Positions 34,301-49,300 of a stretch of 64,000 bases of DNA are shown in pieces. The notes under the pieces were generated by a model. That model was not told the origin of the DNA and searched no databases. It saw only the letters and a list, made by a program, of their open reading frames with translations. The translations under genes were made by a program, and so were the position numbers. The stretch covers positions 35,528,001-35,592,000 of the forward strand of contig CM119371.1 of the NCBI GenBank assembly GCA_051294905.1, written 5' to 3'. This stretch comes from Botryllus schlosseri (lineage: Eukaryota). How positions within the stretch are numbered: the stretch's first letter is position 1; each line of letters begins with the position of its first letter.

Positions 34301-37300
34301 GTGCTCCACTTTTAATCACGTTCAGGAGTCGAGGCTTGTACCAAAGCATAATCGAACCGAGTTTTAGCCAATTCTACCGTCTAGTTCGAGTCGAATTTCA
34401 TCTCTACTTTTCAGAGAAATTGCACGAGTATCATCACCTGGCCAACGTCTTTCGCAAAATTACACGTATAGCTCTCGGATTAAAGACGCCGATATTTCTA
34501 TCTTAGACAAGTGCTCCACTTTTAACCACGTTCAGGAGTCGAGGCTTGTCCCAAAGCATATTCGAACCGAGTTTTAGCTAATTCTACCGTCTAGTTCGAG
34601 TCTAATTTCATCTCTACTTTTCAGAGAAATTGCACGAGTATCATCACCTGACCAACGTCTTTCGCAAAATTACACGTATAGCTGTCGGATTAAAGACGCC
34701 GATATTTCTATCTTAGACAAGTGCTCCACTTTTAACCACGTTCAGGAGTCGAGGCTTGTCCCAAAGCATAATCGAACCGAATTTCAGCCAATTCTACCGT
34801 CTAGTTCGAGTCGAATCTCATCTCTACTTTTCAGAGAAATAGCGCGAGTATCATCACCTGGCCAACGTCTTTCGCAAAATTACACGTATAGCTCTCGGAT
34901 TAAAGACGCCGATATTTCTATCTTAGCCAAGTGCTCCACTTTTAATCACGTTCACGAGTCGAGGCTTGTCCCAAAGCATACTCGAACCGAATTTCAGCCA
35001 ATTCTACCGTCTAGTTCGAGTCGAATCTCATCTCTACTTTTCAGAGAAATAGCGCGAGTATCATCACCTGGCCAACGTCTTTCGCAAAATTACACGTATA
35101 GCTCTCGGATTAAAGACGCCGATATTTCTATCTTAGCCAAGTGCTCCACTTTTAATCACGTTCACGAGTCAAGGCTTGTCCCAAAGCATAATCGAACCGA
35201 GTTTTAGCCAATTCTACCGTCTAGTTCGAGTCGAATTTCATCTCTACTTTTCAGAGAAATTGCACGAGTATCATCACCTGGCCAACGTCTTTCGCAAAAT
35301 TACACGTATAGCTTTCGGATTAAAGACGCCGATATTTCTATCTTAGACAAGTGCTCCACTTTTAATCACGTTCAGGAGTCGAGGCTTGTCCCAAAGCATA
35401 ATCGAACCGAGTTTTACCCAATTCTACCGTCTAGTTCGAGTCGAATTTCATCTCTACTTTTCAGAGAAATTGCACGAGTATCATCACCTGGCCAACGTCT
35501 TTCGCAAAATTACACGTATAGCTCTCGGATTAAAGACGCCGATATTTCTATCTTAGACAAGTGCTCTACTTTAAACCACGTTCAGGAGTCGAGGCTTGTC
35601 CCAAAGCATAATCGAACCTAATTTAAGCCAATTCTACCGTCTAGTTCGAGTCGAATATCATCTCTACTTTTCAGAGAAATAGCGCGAGTATCATCACCTG
35701 GCTAACGTCTTTCGCAAAATTACACGTATAGCTCTCGGATTAAAGACGCCGACATTTCTATCTTAGACAAGTGCTCCACTTTTAACCACGTTCAGGATTC
35801 GAGGCTTGTCCCAAAGCATAATCGAACCGAATTTCAGCCAATTCTACCGTCTAGTTCGAGTCGAATCTCATCTCTACTTTTCAGAGAAATTGCACGAGTA
35901 TCATCACCTGGCCAACGTTTTTCGCAAAATTACACGTATAGCTCTCGGATTAAAGACGCCGATATTTCTATCTTAGACAAGTGCTCCACTTTTAATCACG
36001 TTCAGGAGTCGAGGCTTGTCCCAAAGCATAATCGAACCGAGTTTTAGCCAATTCTACCGTCTAGTTCGAGTCGAATTTCATCTCTACTTTTCAGAGAAAT
36101 TGCACGAGTATCATCACCTGGCCAAAGTCTTTCGCAAAATTACACGTATAGCTCTCGGATTAAAGACGCCGATATTTCTATCTTAGACAAGTGCTACACT
36201 TTTAATCACGTTCAGGAGTCGAGGCTTGTCACAAAGCATAATCGAACCGAGTTTTAGCCAATTCTACCGTCTAGTTCGAGTCTAATTTCATCTCTACTTT
36301 TCAGAGAAATTGCACGAGTATCATCACCTGGCCAACGTCTTTCGCAAAATTACACGTATAGCTCTCGGATTAAAGACGCCGATATTTCTATCTTAGACAA
36401 GTGCTCTACTTTAAACCACGTTCAGGAGTCGAGGCTTGTCCCAAAGCATAATCGAACCTAATTTAAGCCAATTCTACCGTCTAGTTCGAGTCGAATATCA
36501 TCTCTACTTTTCAGAGAAATAGCGCGAGTATCATCACCTGGCTAACGTCTTTCGCAAAATTACACGTATAGCTCTCGGATTAAAGACGCCGACATTTCTA
36601 TCTTAGACAAGTGCTCCACTTTTAACCACGTTCAGGATTCGAGGCTTGTCCCAAAGCATAATCGAACCGAATTTCAGCCAATTCTACCGTCTAGTTCGAG
36701 TCGAATCTCATCTCTACTTTTCAGAGAAATTGCACGAGTATCATCACCTGGCCAACGTTTTTCGCAAAATTACACGTATAGCTCTCGGATTAAAGACGCC
36801 GATATTTCTATCTTAGACAAGTGCTCCACTTTTAATCACGTTCAGGAGTCGAGGCTTGTCCCAAAGCATAATCGAACCGAGTTTTAGCCAATTCTACCGT
36901 CTAGTTCGAGTCGAATTTCATCTCTACTTTTCAGAGAAATTGCACGAGTATCATCACCTGGCCAACGTCTTTCGCAAAATTACACGTATAGCTCTCGGAT
37001 TAAAGACGCCGATATTTCTATCTTAGACAAGTGCTACACTTTTAATCACGTTCAGGAGTCGAGGCTTGTCACAAAGCATAATCGAACCGAGTTTTAGCCA
37101 ATTCTACCGTCTAGTTCGAGTCTAATTTCATCTCTACTTTTCAGAGAAATTGCACGAGTATCATCACCTGGCCAACGTCTTTCGCAAAATTACACGTATA
37201 GCTCTCGGATTAAAGACGCCGATATTTCTATCTTAGACAAGTGCTCCATATTTAATCACGTTCAGGAGTCGAGGCTTGTCCCAAAGCATATTCGAACCGA

Positions 37301-40300
37301 GTTTTAGCCAATTCTACCGTCTAGTTCGAGTCTAATTTCATCTCTACTTTTCAGAGAAATTGCACGAGTATCATCACCTGGCCAACGTCTTTCGCAAAAT
37401 TACACGTATAGCTCTCGGATTAAAGACGCCGATATTTCTATCTTAGACAAGTGCTCCACTTTTAATCACGTTCATGAGTCGAGGCTTGTCCCAAAGCATA
37501 ATCGAACCGAGTTTTAGCCAATTCTACCGTCTAGTTCGAGTCTAATTTCATCTCTACTTTTCAGAGAAATTGCACGAGTATCATCACCTGGCCAACGTCT
37601 TTCGCAAAATTACACGTATAGCTCTCGGATTAAAGACGCCGATATTTCTATCTTAGACAAGTGCTCTACTTTAAACCACGTTCAGGAGTCGAGGCTTGTC
37701 CCAAAGCATAATCGAACCTAATTTAAGCCAATTCTACCGTCTAGTTCGAGTCGAATATCATCTCTACTTTTCAGAGAAATAGCGCGAGTATCATCACCTG
37801 GCTAACGTCTTTCGCAAAATTACACGTATAGCTCTCGGATTAAAGACGCCGACATTTCTATCTTAGACAAGTGCTCCACTTTTAACCACGTTCAGGATTC
37901 GAGGCTTGTCCCAAAGCATAATCGAACCGAATTTCAGCCAATTCTACCGTCTAGTTCGAGTCGAATCTCATCTCTACTTTTCAGAGAAATTGCACGAGTA
38001 TCATCACCTGGCCAACGTTTTTCGCAAAATTACACGTATAGCTCTCGGATTAAAGACGCCGATATTTCTATCTTAGACAAGTGCTCCACTTTTAATCACG
38101 TTCAGGAGTCGAGGCTTGTCCCAAAGCATAATCGAACCGAGTTTTAGCCAATTCTACCGTCTAGTTCGAGTCGAATTTCATCTCTACTTTTCAGAGAAAT
38201 TGCACGAGTATCATCACCTGGCCAACGTCTTTCGCAAAATTACACGTATAGCTCTCGGATTAAAGACGCCGATATTTCTATCTTAGACAAGTGCTACACT
38301 TTTAATCACGTTCAGGAGTCGAGGCTTGTCACAAAGCATAATCGAACCGAGTTTTAGCCAATTCTACCGTCTAGTTCGAGTCTAATTTCATCTCTACTTT
38401 TCAGAGAAATTGCACGAGTATCATCACCTGGCCAACGTCTTTCGCAAAATTACACGTATAGCTCTCGGATTAAAGACGCCGATATTTCTATCTTAGACAA
38501 GTGCTCCATATTTAATCACGTTCAGGAGTCGAGGCTTGTCCCAAAGCATATTCGAACCGAGTTTTAGCCAATTCTACCGTCTAGTTCGAGTCTAATTTCA
38601 TCTCTACTTTTCAGAGAAATTGCACGAGTATCATCACCTGGCCAACGTCTTTCGCAAAATTACACGTATAGCTCTCGGATTAAAGACGCCGATATTTCTA
38701 TCTTAGACAAGTGCTCCACTTTTAATCACGTTCATGAGTCGAGGCTTGTCCCAAAGCATAATCGAACCGAGTTTTAGCCAATTCTACCGTCTAGTTCGAG
38801 TCGAATTTCATCTCTACTTTTCAGAGAAATTGCATGAGTATCATCACATGGCCAACGTCTTTCGCAAAATTACACGTATAGCTTTCGGATTAAAGACGCC
38901 GATATTTCTATCTTAGACAAGTGCTCCACTTTTAATCACGTTCAGGAGTCGAGGCTTGTACCAAAGCATAATCGAACCGAGTTTTAGCCAATTCTACCGT
39001 CTAGTTCGAGTCGAATTTCATCTCTACTTTTCAGAGAAATTGCACGAGTATCATCACCTGGCCAACGTCTTTCGCAAAATTACACGTATAGCTCTCGGAT
39101 TAAAGACGCCGATATTTCTATCTTAGACAAGTGCTCCACTTTTAACCACGTTCAGGAGTCGAGGCTTGTCCCAAAGCATATTCGAACCGAGTTTTAGCTA
39201 ATTCTACCGTCTAGTTCGAGTCTAATTTCATCTCTACTTTTCAGAGAAATTGCACGAGTATCATCACCTGACCAACGTCTTTCGCAAAATTACACGTATA
39301 GCTGTCGGATTAAAGACGCCGATATTTCTATCTTAGGCAAGTGCTCCACTTTTAACCACGTTCAGGAGTCGAGGCTTGTCCCAAAGCATAATCGAACCGA
39401 ATTTCAGCCAATTCTACCGTCTAGTTCGAGTCGAATCTCATCTCTACTTTTCAGAGAAATAGCGCGAGTATCATCACCTGGCCAACGTCTTTCGCAAAAT
39501 TACACGTATAGCTCTCGGATTAAAGACGCCGATATTTCTATCTTAGCCAAGTGCTCCACTTTTAATCACGTTCACGAGTCGAGGCTTGTCCCAAAGCATA
39601 CTCGAACCGAATTTCAGCCAATTCTACCGTCTAGTTCGAGTCGAATCTCATCTCTACTTTTCAGAGAAATAGCGCGAGTATCATCACCTGGCCAACGTCT
39701 TTCGCAAAATTACACGTATAGCTCTCGGATTAAAGACGCCGATATTTCTATCTTAGCCAAGTGCTCCACTTTTAATCACATTCACGAGTCAAGGCTTGTC
39801 CCAAAGCATAATCGAACCGAGTTTTAGGCAATTCTACCGTCTAGTTCGAGTCGAATTTCATCTCTACTTTTCAGAGAAATTGCACGAGTATCATCACCTG
39901 GCCAACGTCTTTCGCAAAATTACACGTATAGCTTTCGGATTAAAGACGCCGATATTTCTATCTTAGACAAGTGCTCCACTTTTAATCACGTTCAGGAGTC
40001 GAGGCTTGTCCCAAAGCATAATCGAACCGAGTTTTACCCAATTCTACCGTCTAGTTCGAGTCGAATTTCATCTCTACTTTTCAGAGAAATTGCACGAGTA
40101 TCATCACCTGGCCAACGTCTTTCGCAAAATTACACGTATAGCTCTCGGATTAAAGACGCCGATATTTCTATCTTAGACAAGTGCTCTACTTTAAACCACG
40201 TTCAGGAGTCGAGGCTTGTCCCAAAGCATAATCGAACCTAATTTAAGCCAATTCTACCGTCTAGTTCGAGTCGAATATCATCTCTACTTTTCAGAGAAAT

Positions 40301-43300
40301 AGCGCGAGTATCATCACCTGGCTAACGTCTTTCGCAAAATTACACGTATAGCTCTCGGATTAAAGACGCCGACATTTCTATCTTAGACAAGTGCTCCACT
40401 TTTAACCACGTTCAGGATTCGAGGCTTGTCCCAAAGCATAATCGAACCGAATTTCAGCCAATTCTACCGTCTAGTTCGAGTCGAATCTCATCTCTACTTT
40501 TCAGAGAAATTGCACGAGTATCATCACCTGGCCAACGTTTTTCGCAAAATTACACGTATAGCTCTCGGATTAAAGACGCCGATATTTCTATCTTAGACAA
40601 GTGCTCCACTTTTAATCACGTTCAGGAGTCGAGGCTTGTCCCAAAGCATAATCGAACCGAGTTTTAGCCAATTCTACCGTCTAGTTCGAGTCGAATTTCA
40701 TCTCTACTTTTCAGAGAAATTGCACGAGTATCATCACCTGGCCAAAGTCTTTCGCAAAATTACACGTATAGCTCTCGGATTAAAGACGCCGATATTTCTA
40801 TCTTAGACAAGTGCTACACTTTTAATCACGTTCAGGAGTCGAGGCTTGTCACAAAGCATAATCGAACCGAGTTTTAGCCAATTCTACCGTCTAGTTCGAG
40901 TCTAATTTCATCTCTACTTTTCAGAGAAATTGCACGAGTATCATCACCTGGCCAACGTCTTTCGCAAAATTACACGTATAGCTCTCGGATTAAAGACGCC
41001 GATATTTCTATCTTAGACAAGTGCTCTACTTTAAACCACGTTCAGGAGTCGAGGCTTGTCCCAAAGCATAATCGAACCTAATTTAAGCCAATTCTACCGT
41101 CTAGTTCGAGTCGAATATCATCTCTACTTTTCAGAGAAATAGCGCGAGTATCATCACCTGGCTAACGTCTTTCGCAAAATTACACGTATAGCTCTCGGAT
41201 TAAAGACGCCGACATTTCTATCTTAGACAAGTGCTCCACTTTTAACCACGTTCAGGATTCGAGGCTTGTCCCAAAGCATAATCGAACCGAATTTCAGCCA
41301 ATTCTACCGTCTAGTTCGAGTCGAATCTCATCTCTACTTTTCAGAGAAATTGCACGAGTATCATCACCTGGCCAACGTTTTTCGCAAAATTACACGTATA
41401 GCTCTCGGATTAAAGACGCCGATATTTCTATCTTAGACAAGTGCTCCACTTTTAATCACGTTCAGGAGTCGAGGCTTGTCCCAAAGCATAATCGAACCGA
41501 GTTTTAGCCAATTCTACCGTCTAGTTCGAGTCGAATTTCATCTCTACTTTTCAGAGAAATTGCACGAGTATCATCACCTGGCCAACGTCTTTCGCAAAAT
41601 TACACGTATAGCTCTCGGATTAAAGACGCCGATATTTCTATCTTAGACAAGTGCTACACTTTTAATCACGTTCAGGAGTCGAGGCTTGTCACAAAGCATA
41701 ATCGAACCGAGTTTTAGCCAATTCTACCGTCTAGTTCGAGTCTAATTTCATCTCTACTTTTCAGAGAAATTGCACGAGTATCATCACCTGGCCAACGTCT
41801 TTCGCAAAATTACACGTATAGCTCTCGGATTAAAGACGCCGATATTTCTATCTTAGACAAGTGCTCCATATTTAATCACGTTCAGGAGTCGAGGCTTGTC
41901 CCAAAGCATATTCGAACCGAGTTTTAGCCAATTCTACCGTCTAGTTCGAGTCTAATTTCATCTCTACTTTTCAGAGAAATTGCACGAGTATCATCACCTG
42001 GCCAACGTCTTTCGCAAAATTACACGTATAGCTCTCGGATTAAAGACGCCGATATTTCTATCTTAGACAAGTGCTCCACTTTTAATCACGTTCATGAGTC
42101 GAGGCTTGTCCCAAAGCATAATCGAACCGAGTTTTAGCCAATTCTACCGTCTAGTTCGAGTCGAATTTCATCTCTACTTTTCAGAGAAATTGCATGAGTA
42201 TCATCACATGGCCAACGTCTTTCGCAAAATTACACGTATAGCTTTCGGATTAAAGACGCCGATATTTCTATCTTAGACAAGTGCTCCACTTTTAATCACG
42301 TTCAGGAGTCGAGGCTTGTACCAAAGCATAATCGAACCGAGTTTTAGCCAATTCTACCGTCTAGTTCGAGTCGAATTTCATCTCTACTTTTCAGAGAAAT
42401 TGCACGAGTATCATCACCTGGCCAACGTCTTTCGCAAAATTACACGTATAGCTCTCGGATTAAAGACGCCGATATTTCTATCTTAGACAAGTGCTCCACT
42501 TTTAACCACGTTCAGGAGTCGAGGCTTGTCCCAAAGCATATTCGAACCGAGTTTTAGCTAATTCTACCGTCTAGTTCGAGTCTAATTTCATCTCTACTTT
42601 TCAGAGAAATTGCACGAGTATCATCACCTGACCAACGTCTTTCGCAAAATTACACGTATAGCTGTCGGATTAAAGACGCCGATATTTCTATCTTAGACAA
42701 GTGCTCCACTTTTAACCACGTTCAGGAGTCGAGGCTTGTCCCAAAGCATAATCGAACCGAATTTCAGCCAATTCTACCGTCTAGTTCGAGTCGAATCTCA
42801 TCTCTACTTTTCAGAGAAATAGCGCGAGTATCATCACCTGGCCAACGTCTTTCGCAAAATTACACGTATAGCTCTCGGATTAAAGACGCCGATATTTCTA
42901 TCTTAGCCAAGTGCTCCACTTTTAATCACGTTCACGAGTCGAGGCTTGTCCCAAAGCATAATCGAACCGAGTTTTAGCCAATTCTACCGTCTAGTTCGAG
43001 TCGAATTTCATCTCTACTTTTCAGAGAAATTGCACGAGTATCATCACCTGGCCAACGTCTTTCGCAAAATTACACGTATAGCTTTCGGATTAAAGACGCC
43101 GATATTTCTATCTTAGACAAGTGCTCCACTTTTAATCACGTTCACGAGTCGAGGCTTGTCCCAAAGCATAATCGAACCGAGTTTTAGCCAATTCTACCGT
43201 CTAGTTCGAGTCGAATTTCATCTCTACTTTTCAGAGAAATTGCACGAGTATCATCACCTGGCCAACGTCTTTCGCAAAATTACACGTATAGCTTTCGGAT

Positions 43301-46300
43301 TAAAGACGCCGATATTTCTATCTTAGACAAGTGCTCCACTTTTAATCACGTTCAGGAGTCGAGGCTTGTCCCAAAGCATAATCGAACCGAGTTTTAGCCA
43401 ATTCTACCGTCTAGTTCGAGTCGAATCTCATCTCTACTTTTCAGAGAAATAGCGCGAGTATCATCACTTGGCCAACGTCTTTCGCAAAATTACACGTATA
43501 GCTCTCGGATTAAAGACGCCGATATTTCTATCTTAGCCAAGTGCTCCACTTTTAATCACGTTCACGAGTCGAGGCTTGTCCCAAAGCATAATCGAACCGA
43601 GTTTTAGCCAATTCTACCGTCTAGTTCGAGTCGAATTTCATCTCTACTTTTCAGAGAAATTGCACGAGTATCATCACCTGGCCAACGTCTTTCGCAAAAT
43701 TACACGTATAGCTCTCGGATTAAAGACGCCGATATTTCTATCTTAGACAAGTGCTCCACGTTTAACCACGTTCAGGAGTCGAGGCTTGTCCCAAAGCATA
43801 ATCGAACCTAATTTAAGCCAATTCTACCGTCTAGTTCGAGTCGAATATCATCTCTACTTTTCAGAGAAATTGCACGAGTATCATCACCTGGCCAACGTTT
43901 TTCGCAAAATTACACGTATAGCTCTCGGATTAAAGACGCCGATATTTCTATCTTAGACGAGTGCTCCACTTTTAATTACGTTCACGAGTCGAGGCTTGTC
44001 CCAAAGCATAATCGAACCGAGTTTTAGCCAATTCTACCGTCTAGTTCGAGTCGAATTTCATCTCTACTTTTCAGAGAAATTGCACGAGTATCATCACCTG
44101 GCCAACGTCTTTCGCAAAATTACACGTATAGCTTTCGGATTAAAGACGCCGATATTTCTATCTTAGACAAGTGCTCCACTTTTAATCACGTTCAGGAGTC
44201 GAGGCTTGTCCCAAAGCATAATCGAACCGAGTTTTAGCCAATTCTACCGTCTAGTTCGAGTCGAATTTCATCTCTACTTTTCAGAGAAATTGCACGAGTA
44301 TCATCACCTGGCCAACGTCTTTCGCAAAATTACACGTATAGCTCTCGGATTAAAGACGCCGATATTTCTATCTTAGACAAGTGCTCCACTTTTAATCACG
44401 TTCAGGAGTCGAGGCTTGTCCCAAAGCATAATCGAACCGAGTTTTAGCCAATTCTACCGTCTAGTTCGAGTCGAATTTCATCTCTACTTTTCAGAGAAAT
44501 TGCACGATTATCATCACCTGGCCAACGTCTTTCGCAAAATTACACGTATAGCTCTCGGATTAAAGACGCCGATATTTATATCTTAGACAAGTGCTCCACT
44601 TTTAATCACGTTCAGGAGTCGAGGCTTGTACCAAAGCATAATCGAACCGAGTTTTAGCCAATTCTACCGTCTAGTTCGAGTCGAATTTCATCTCTACTTT
44701 TCAGAGAAATTGCACGAGTATCATCACCTGGCCAACGTCTTTCGCAAAATTACACGTATAGCTCTCGGATTAAAGACGCCGATATTTCTATCTTAGACAA
44801 GTGCTCCACTTTTAACCACGTTCAGGAGTCGAGGCTTGTCCCAAAGCATAATCGAACCTAATTTAAGCCAATTCTACCGTCTAGTTCGAGTGGAATATCA
44901 TCTCTACTTTTCAGAGAAATAGCGCGAGTATCATCACCTGGCTAACGTCTTTCGCCAAATTACACGTATAGCTCTCGGATTAAAGACGCCGACATTTCTA
45001 TCTTAGACAAGTGCTCCACTTTTAACCACGTTCAGGATTCGAGGCTTGTCCCAAAGCATAATCGAACCGAATTTCAGCCAATTCTACCGTCTAGTTCGAG
45101 TCGAATCTCATCTCTACTTTTCAGAGAAATTGCACGAGTATCATCACCTGGCCAACGTTTTTCGCAAAATTACACGTATAGCTCTCGGATTAAAGACGCC
45201 GATATTTCTATCTTAGACGAGTGCTCCACTTTTAATCACGTTCACGAGTCGAGGCTTGTCCCAAAGCATAATCGAACCGAGTTTTAGCCAATTCTACCGT
45301 CTAGTTCGAGTCGAATTTCATCTCTACTTTTCAGAGAAATTGCACGATTATCATCACCTGGCCAACGTCTTTCGCAAAATTACACGTATAGCTCTCGGAC
45401 TAAAGACGCCGATATTTCTATCTTAGACAAGTGCTCCACTTTTATTCACGTTCAGGAGTCGAGGCTTGTACCAAAGCATAATCGAACCGAGTTTTAGCCA
45501 ATTCTACCGTCTAGTTCGAGTCGAATTTCATCTCTACTTTTCAGAGAAATTGCACGAGTATCATCACCTGGCCAACGTCTTTCGCAAAATTACACGTATG
45601 GCTCTCGGATTAAAGACGCCGATATTTCTATCTTAGACAAGTGCTCCACTTTTAATCACGTTCAGGAGTCGAGGCTTGTACCAAAGCATAATCGAACCGA
45701 GTTTTAGCCAATTCTACCGTCTAGTTCGAGTCGAATTTCATCTCTACTTTTCAGAGAAATTGCACGAGTATCATCACCTGGCCAACGTCTTTCGCAAAAT
45801 TACACGTATAGCTCTCGGATTAAAGACGCCGATATTTCTATCTTAGACAAGTGCTCCACTTTTAATCACGTTCAGGAGTCGAGGCTTGTACCAAAGCATA
45901 ATCGAACCGAGTTTTAGCCAATTCTACCGTCTAGTTCGAGTCGAATTTCATCTCTACTTTTCAGAGAAATTGCACGAGTATCATCACCTGGCCAACGTCT
46001 TTTGCAAAATTACACGTATAGCTCTCGGATTAAAGACGCCGATATTTCTATCTTAGACAAGTGCTACACTTTTAATCACTTTCAGGAGTCGAGGCTTGTC
46101 CAAAAGCATAATCGAACCGAGTTTTAGCCAATTCTACCGTCTAGTTCGAGTCGAATTTCATCTCTACTTTTCAGAGAAATTGCACGAGTATCATCACCTG
46201 GCAAACGTCTTTCGCAAAATTACACGTATAGCTCTCGGATTAAAGACGCCGATATTTCTATCTTAGACAAGTGCTCCACTTTTAACCACGTTCAGGAGTC

Positions 46301-49300
46301 GAGGCTTGTCCCAAAGCATAATCGAACCTAATTTCAGCCAATTCTACCGTCTAGTTCGAGTCGAATATCATCTCTACTTTTCAGAGAAATAGCGCGAGTA
46401 TCATCACCTGGCTAACGTCTTTCGCAAAATTACACGTATAGCTCTCGGATTAAAGACGCCGACATTTCTATCTTAGACAAGTGCTCCACTTTTAATCACG
46501 TTCACGAGTCGAGGCTTGTTCCAAAGCATAATCGAACCGAGTTTTAGCCAATTCTACCGTCTAGTTCGAGTCGAATTTCATGTCTACTTTTCAGAGAAAT
46601 TGCACGAGTATCATCACCTGGCCAACGTCTTTCGCAAAATTACACGTATAGCTCTCGGATTAAAGACGCCGATATTTCTATCTTAGACAAGTGCTCCACT
46701 TTTAATCACGTTCAGGAGTCGAGGCTTGTCCCAAAGCATAATCGAACCGAGTTTTAGCCAATTCTACCGTCTAGTTCGAGTCGAATTTCATCTCTACTTT
46801 TCAGAGAAATTGTACGAGTATCATCCCCTGGCCAACGTCTTTCGCAAAATTACACGTATAGCTCTCGGATTAAAGACGCCGATATTTCTATCTTAGACAA
46901 GTGCTCCACTTTTAACCACGTTCAGGAGTCGAGGCTTGTCCAAAAGCATAATCGAACCTAATTTCAGCCAATTCTACCGTCTAGTTCGAGTCGAATATCA
47001 TCTCTACTTTTCAGAGAAATAGCGCGAGTATCATCACCTGGCTACCGTCTTTCGCAAAATTACACCTATAGCTCTCGGATTAAAGACGCCGACATTTCTA
47101 TCTTAGACAAGTGCTCCACTTTTAATCACGTTCACGAGTCGAGGCTTGTCCCAAAGCATAATCGAACCTAATTTCAGCCAATTCTACCGTCTAGTTCGAG
47201 TCGAATCTCATCTCTACTTTTCAGAGAAATTGCACGAGTATCATCACCTGGCCAACGTCTTTCGAAAAATTACACGTATAGCTCTCGGATTAAAGACGCC
47301 GATATTTCTATCTTAGACAAGTGCTCCACTTTTAATCACGTTCACGAGTCGAGGCTTGTCCCAAAGCATAATCGAACCGAGTTTTAGCCAATTCTACCGT
47401 CTAGTTCGAGTCGAATTTCATCTCTACTTTTCAGAGAAATTGCACGAGTATCATCACCTGGCCAACGTCTTTCGCAAAATTACACGTATAGCTCTCGGAT
47501 TAAAGACGCCGATATTTCTATCTTAGACAAGTGCTCCACTTTTAATCACGTTCAGGAGTCGAGGCTTGTCCCAAAGCATAATCGAACCGAGTTTTAGCCA
47601 ATGCTACCGTCTAGTTCGAGTCGAATCTCATCTCTACTTTTCAGAGAAATTGCACGAGTATCATCACCTGGCCAACGTCATTCGCAAAATTACACGTATA
47701 GCTCTCGGATTAAAGACGCCGATATTTCTATCTTAGACAAGTGCTCCACTTTTAATCACGTTCACGAGTCGAGGCTTGTCCCAAAGCATAATCGAACCGA
47801 GTTTTTGGCAATTCTACCGTCTAGTTCGAGTCGAATTTCATCTCTACTTTTCAGAGAAATTGCACGAGTATCATCACCTGGCCAACGTCTTTCGCAAAAT
47901 TACACGTATAGCTCTCGGATTAAAGACGCCGATATTTCTATCTTAGACAAGTACTCCACTTTTAATCACGTTCAGGAGTCGAGGCTTGTCCCAAAGCATA
48001 ATCGACCCGAGTTTTAGCCAATTCTACCGTCTAGTTCGAGTCGAATTTCATCTCTACTTTTCAGAGAAATTGCACGAGTATCATCACCTGGCCAACGTCT
48101 TTCGCAAAATTACACGTATAGCTCTCGGATTAAAGACGCCGATATTTCTATCTTAGACAAGTGCTCCACTTTTATTCACGTTCAGGAGTCGAGGCTTGTC
48201 CAAAAGCATAATCGAACCGAGTTTTAGCCAATCTACCGTCTAGTTCGAGTCGAATTTCATCTCTACTTTTCAGAGAAATTGCACGAGTATCATCACCTGG
48301 CCAACGTCTTTCGCAAAATTACACGTATAGCTCTCGGATTAAAGACGCCGATATTTCTATCTTAGACAAGTGCTCCAATTTTAACCACGTTCAGGAGTCG
48401 AGGCTTGTCCCAAAGCATAATCGAACCGAAGTTCAGCCAATTCTACCGTCTAGTTCAAGTCGAATCTCATCTCTACTTTTCAGAGAAATAGCGCGAGTAT
48501 CATCACCTGGCCAACGTCTTTCGCAAAATTACACGTATAGCTCTCGGATTAAAGACGCCGATATTTCTATCTTAGACAAGTGCTCCACTTTTAACCACGT
48601 TCAGGAGTCGAGGCTTGTCCCAAAGCATAATCGAACCGAAGTTCAGCCAATTCTACCGTCTAGTTCGAGTCGAATCTCATCTCTACTTTTCAGAGAAATT
48701 GCACGAGTATCATCACCTGGCCAACGTGTTTCGCAAAATTACACGTATAGCTCTCGGATTAAAGACGCCGATATTTCTATCTTAGACAAGTGCTCCACTT
48801 TTAATCACGTTCACGAGTCGAGGCTTGTCCCAAAGCATAATCGAACCGAGTTTTAGCCAATACTACCGTCTAGTTCGAGTCGAATTTCATTTCTACTTTT
48901 CAGAGAAATTGCACGAGTATCATCACCTGGCCAACGTCTTTCGCAAAATTACACGTATAGCTCTCGGATTAAAGACGCCGACATTTCTATCTTAGACAAG
49001 TGCTCCACTTTTAACCACGTTCAGGAGTCGAGGCTTGTCCCAAAGCATAATCGAACCGAGTTTTAGCCAATTCTACCGTCTAGTTCGAGTCGAATTTCAT
49101 CTCTACTTTTCAGAGAAATTGCACGAGTATCATCACCTTGCCAACGTCTTTCGCAAAATTACACGTATAGCTCTCGGATTAAAGACGCCGATATTTCTAT
49201 CTTAGACAAGTGCTCCACTTTTAACCACGTTCAGGAGTCGAGGCTTGTCCCAAAGCATAATCGAACCTAATTTCAGCCAATTCTACCGTCTAGTTCGAGT

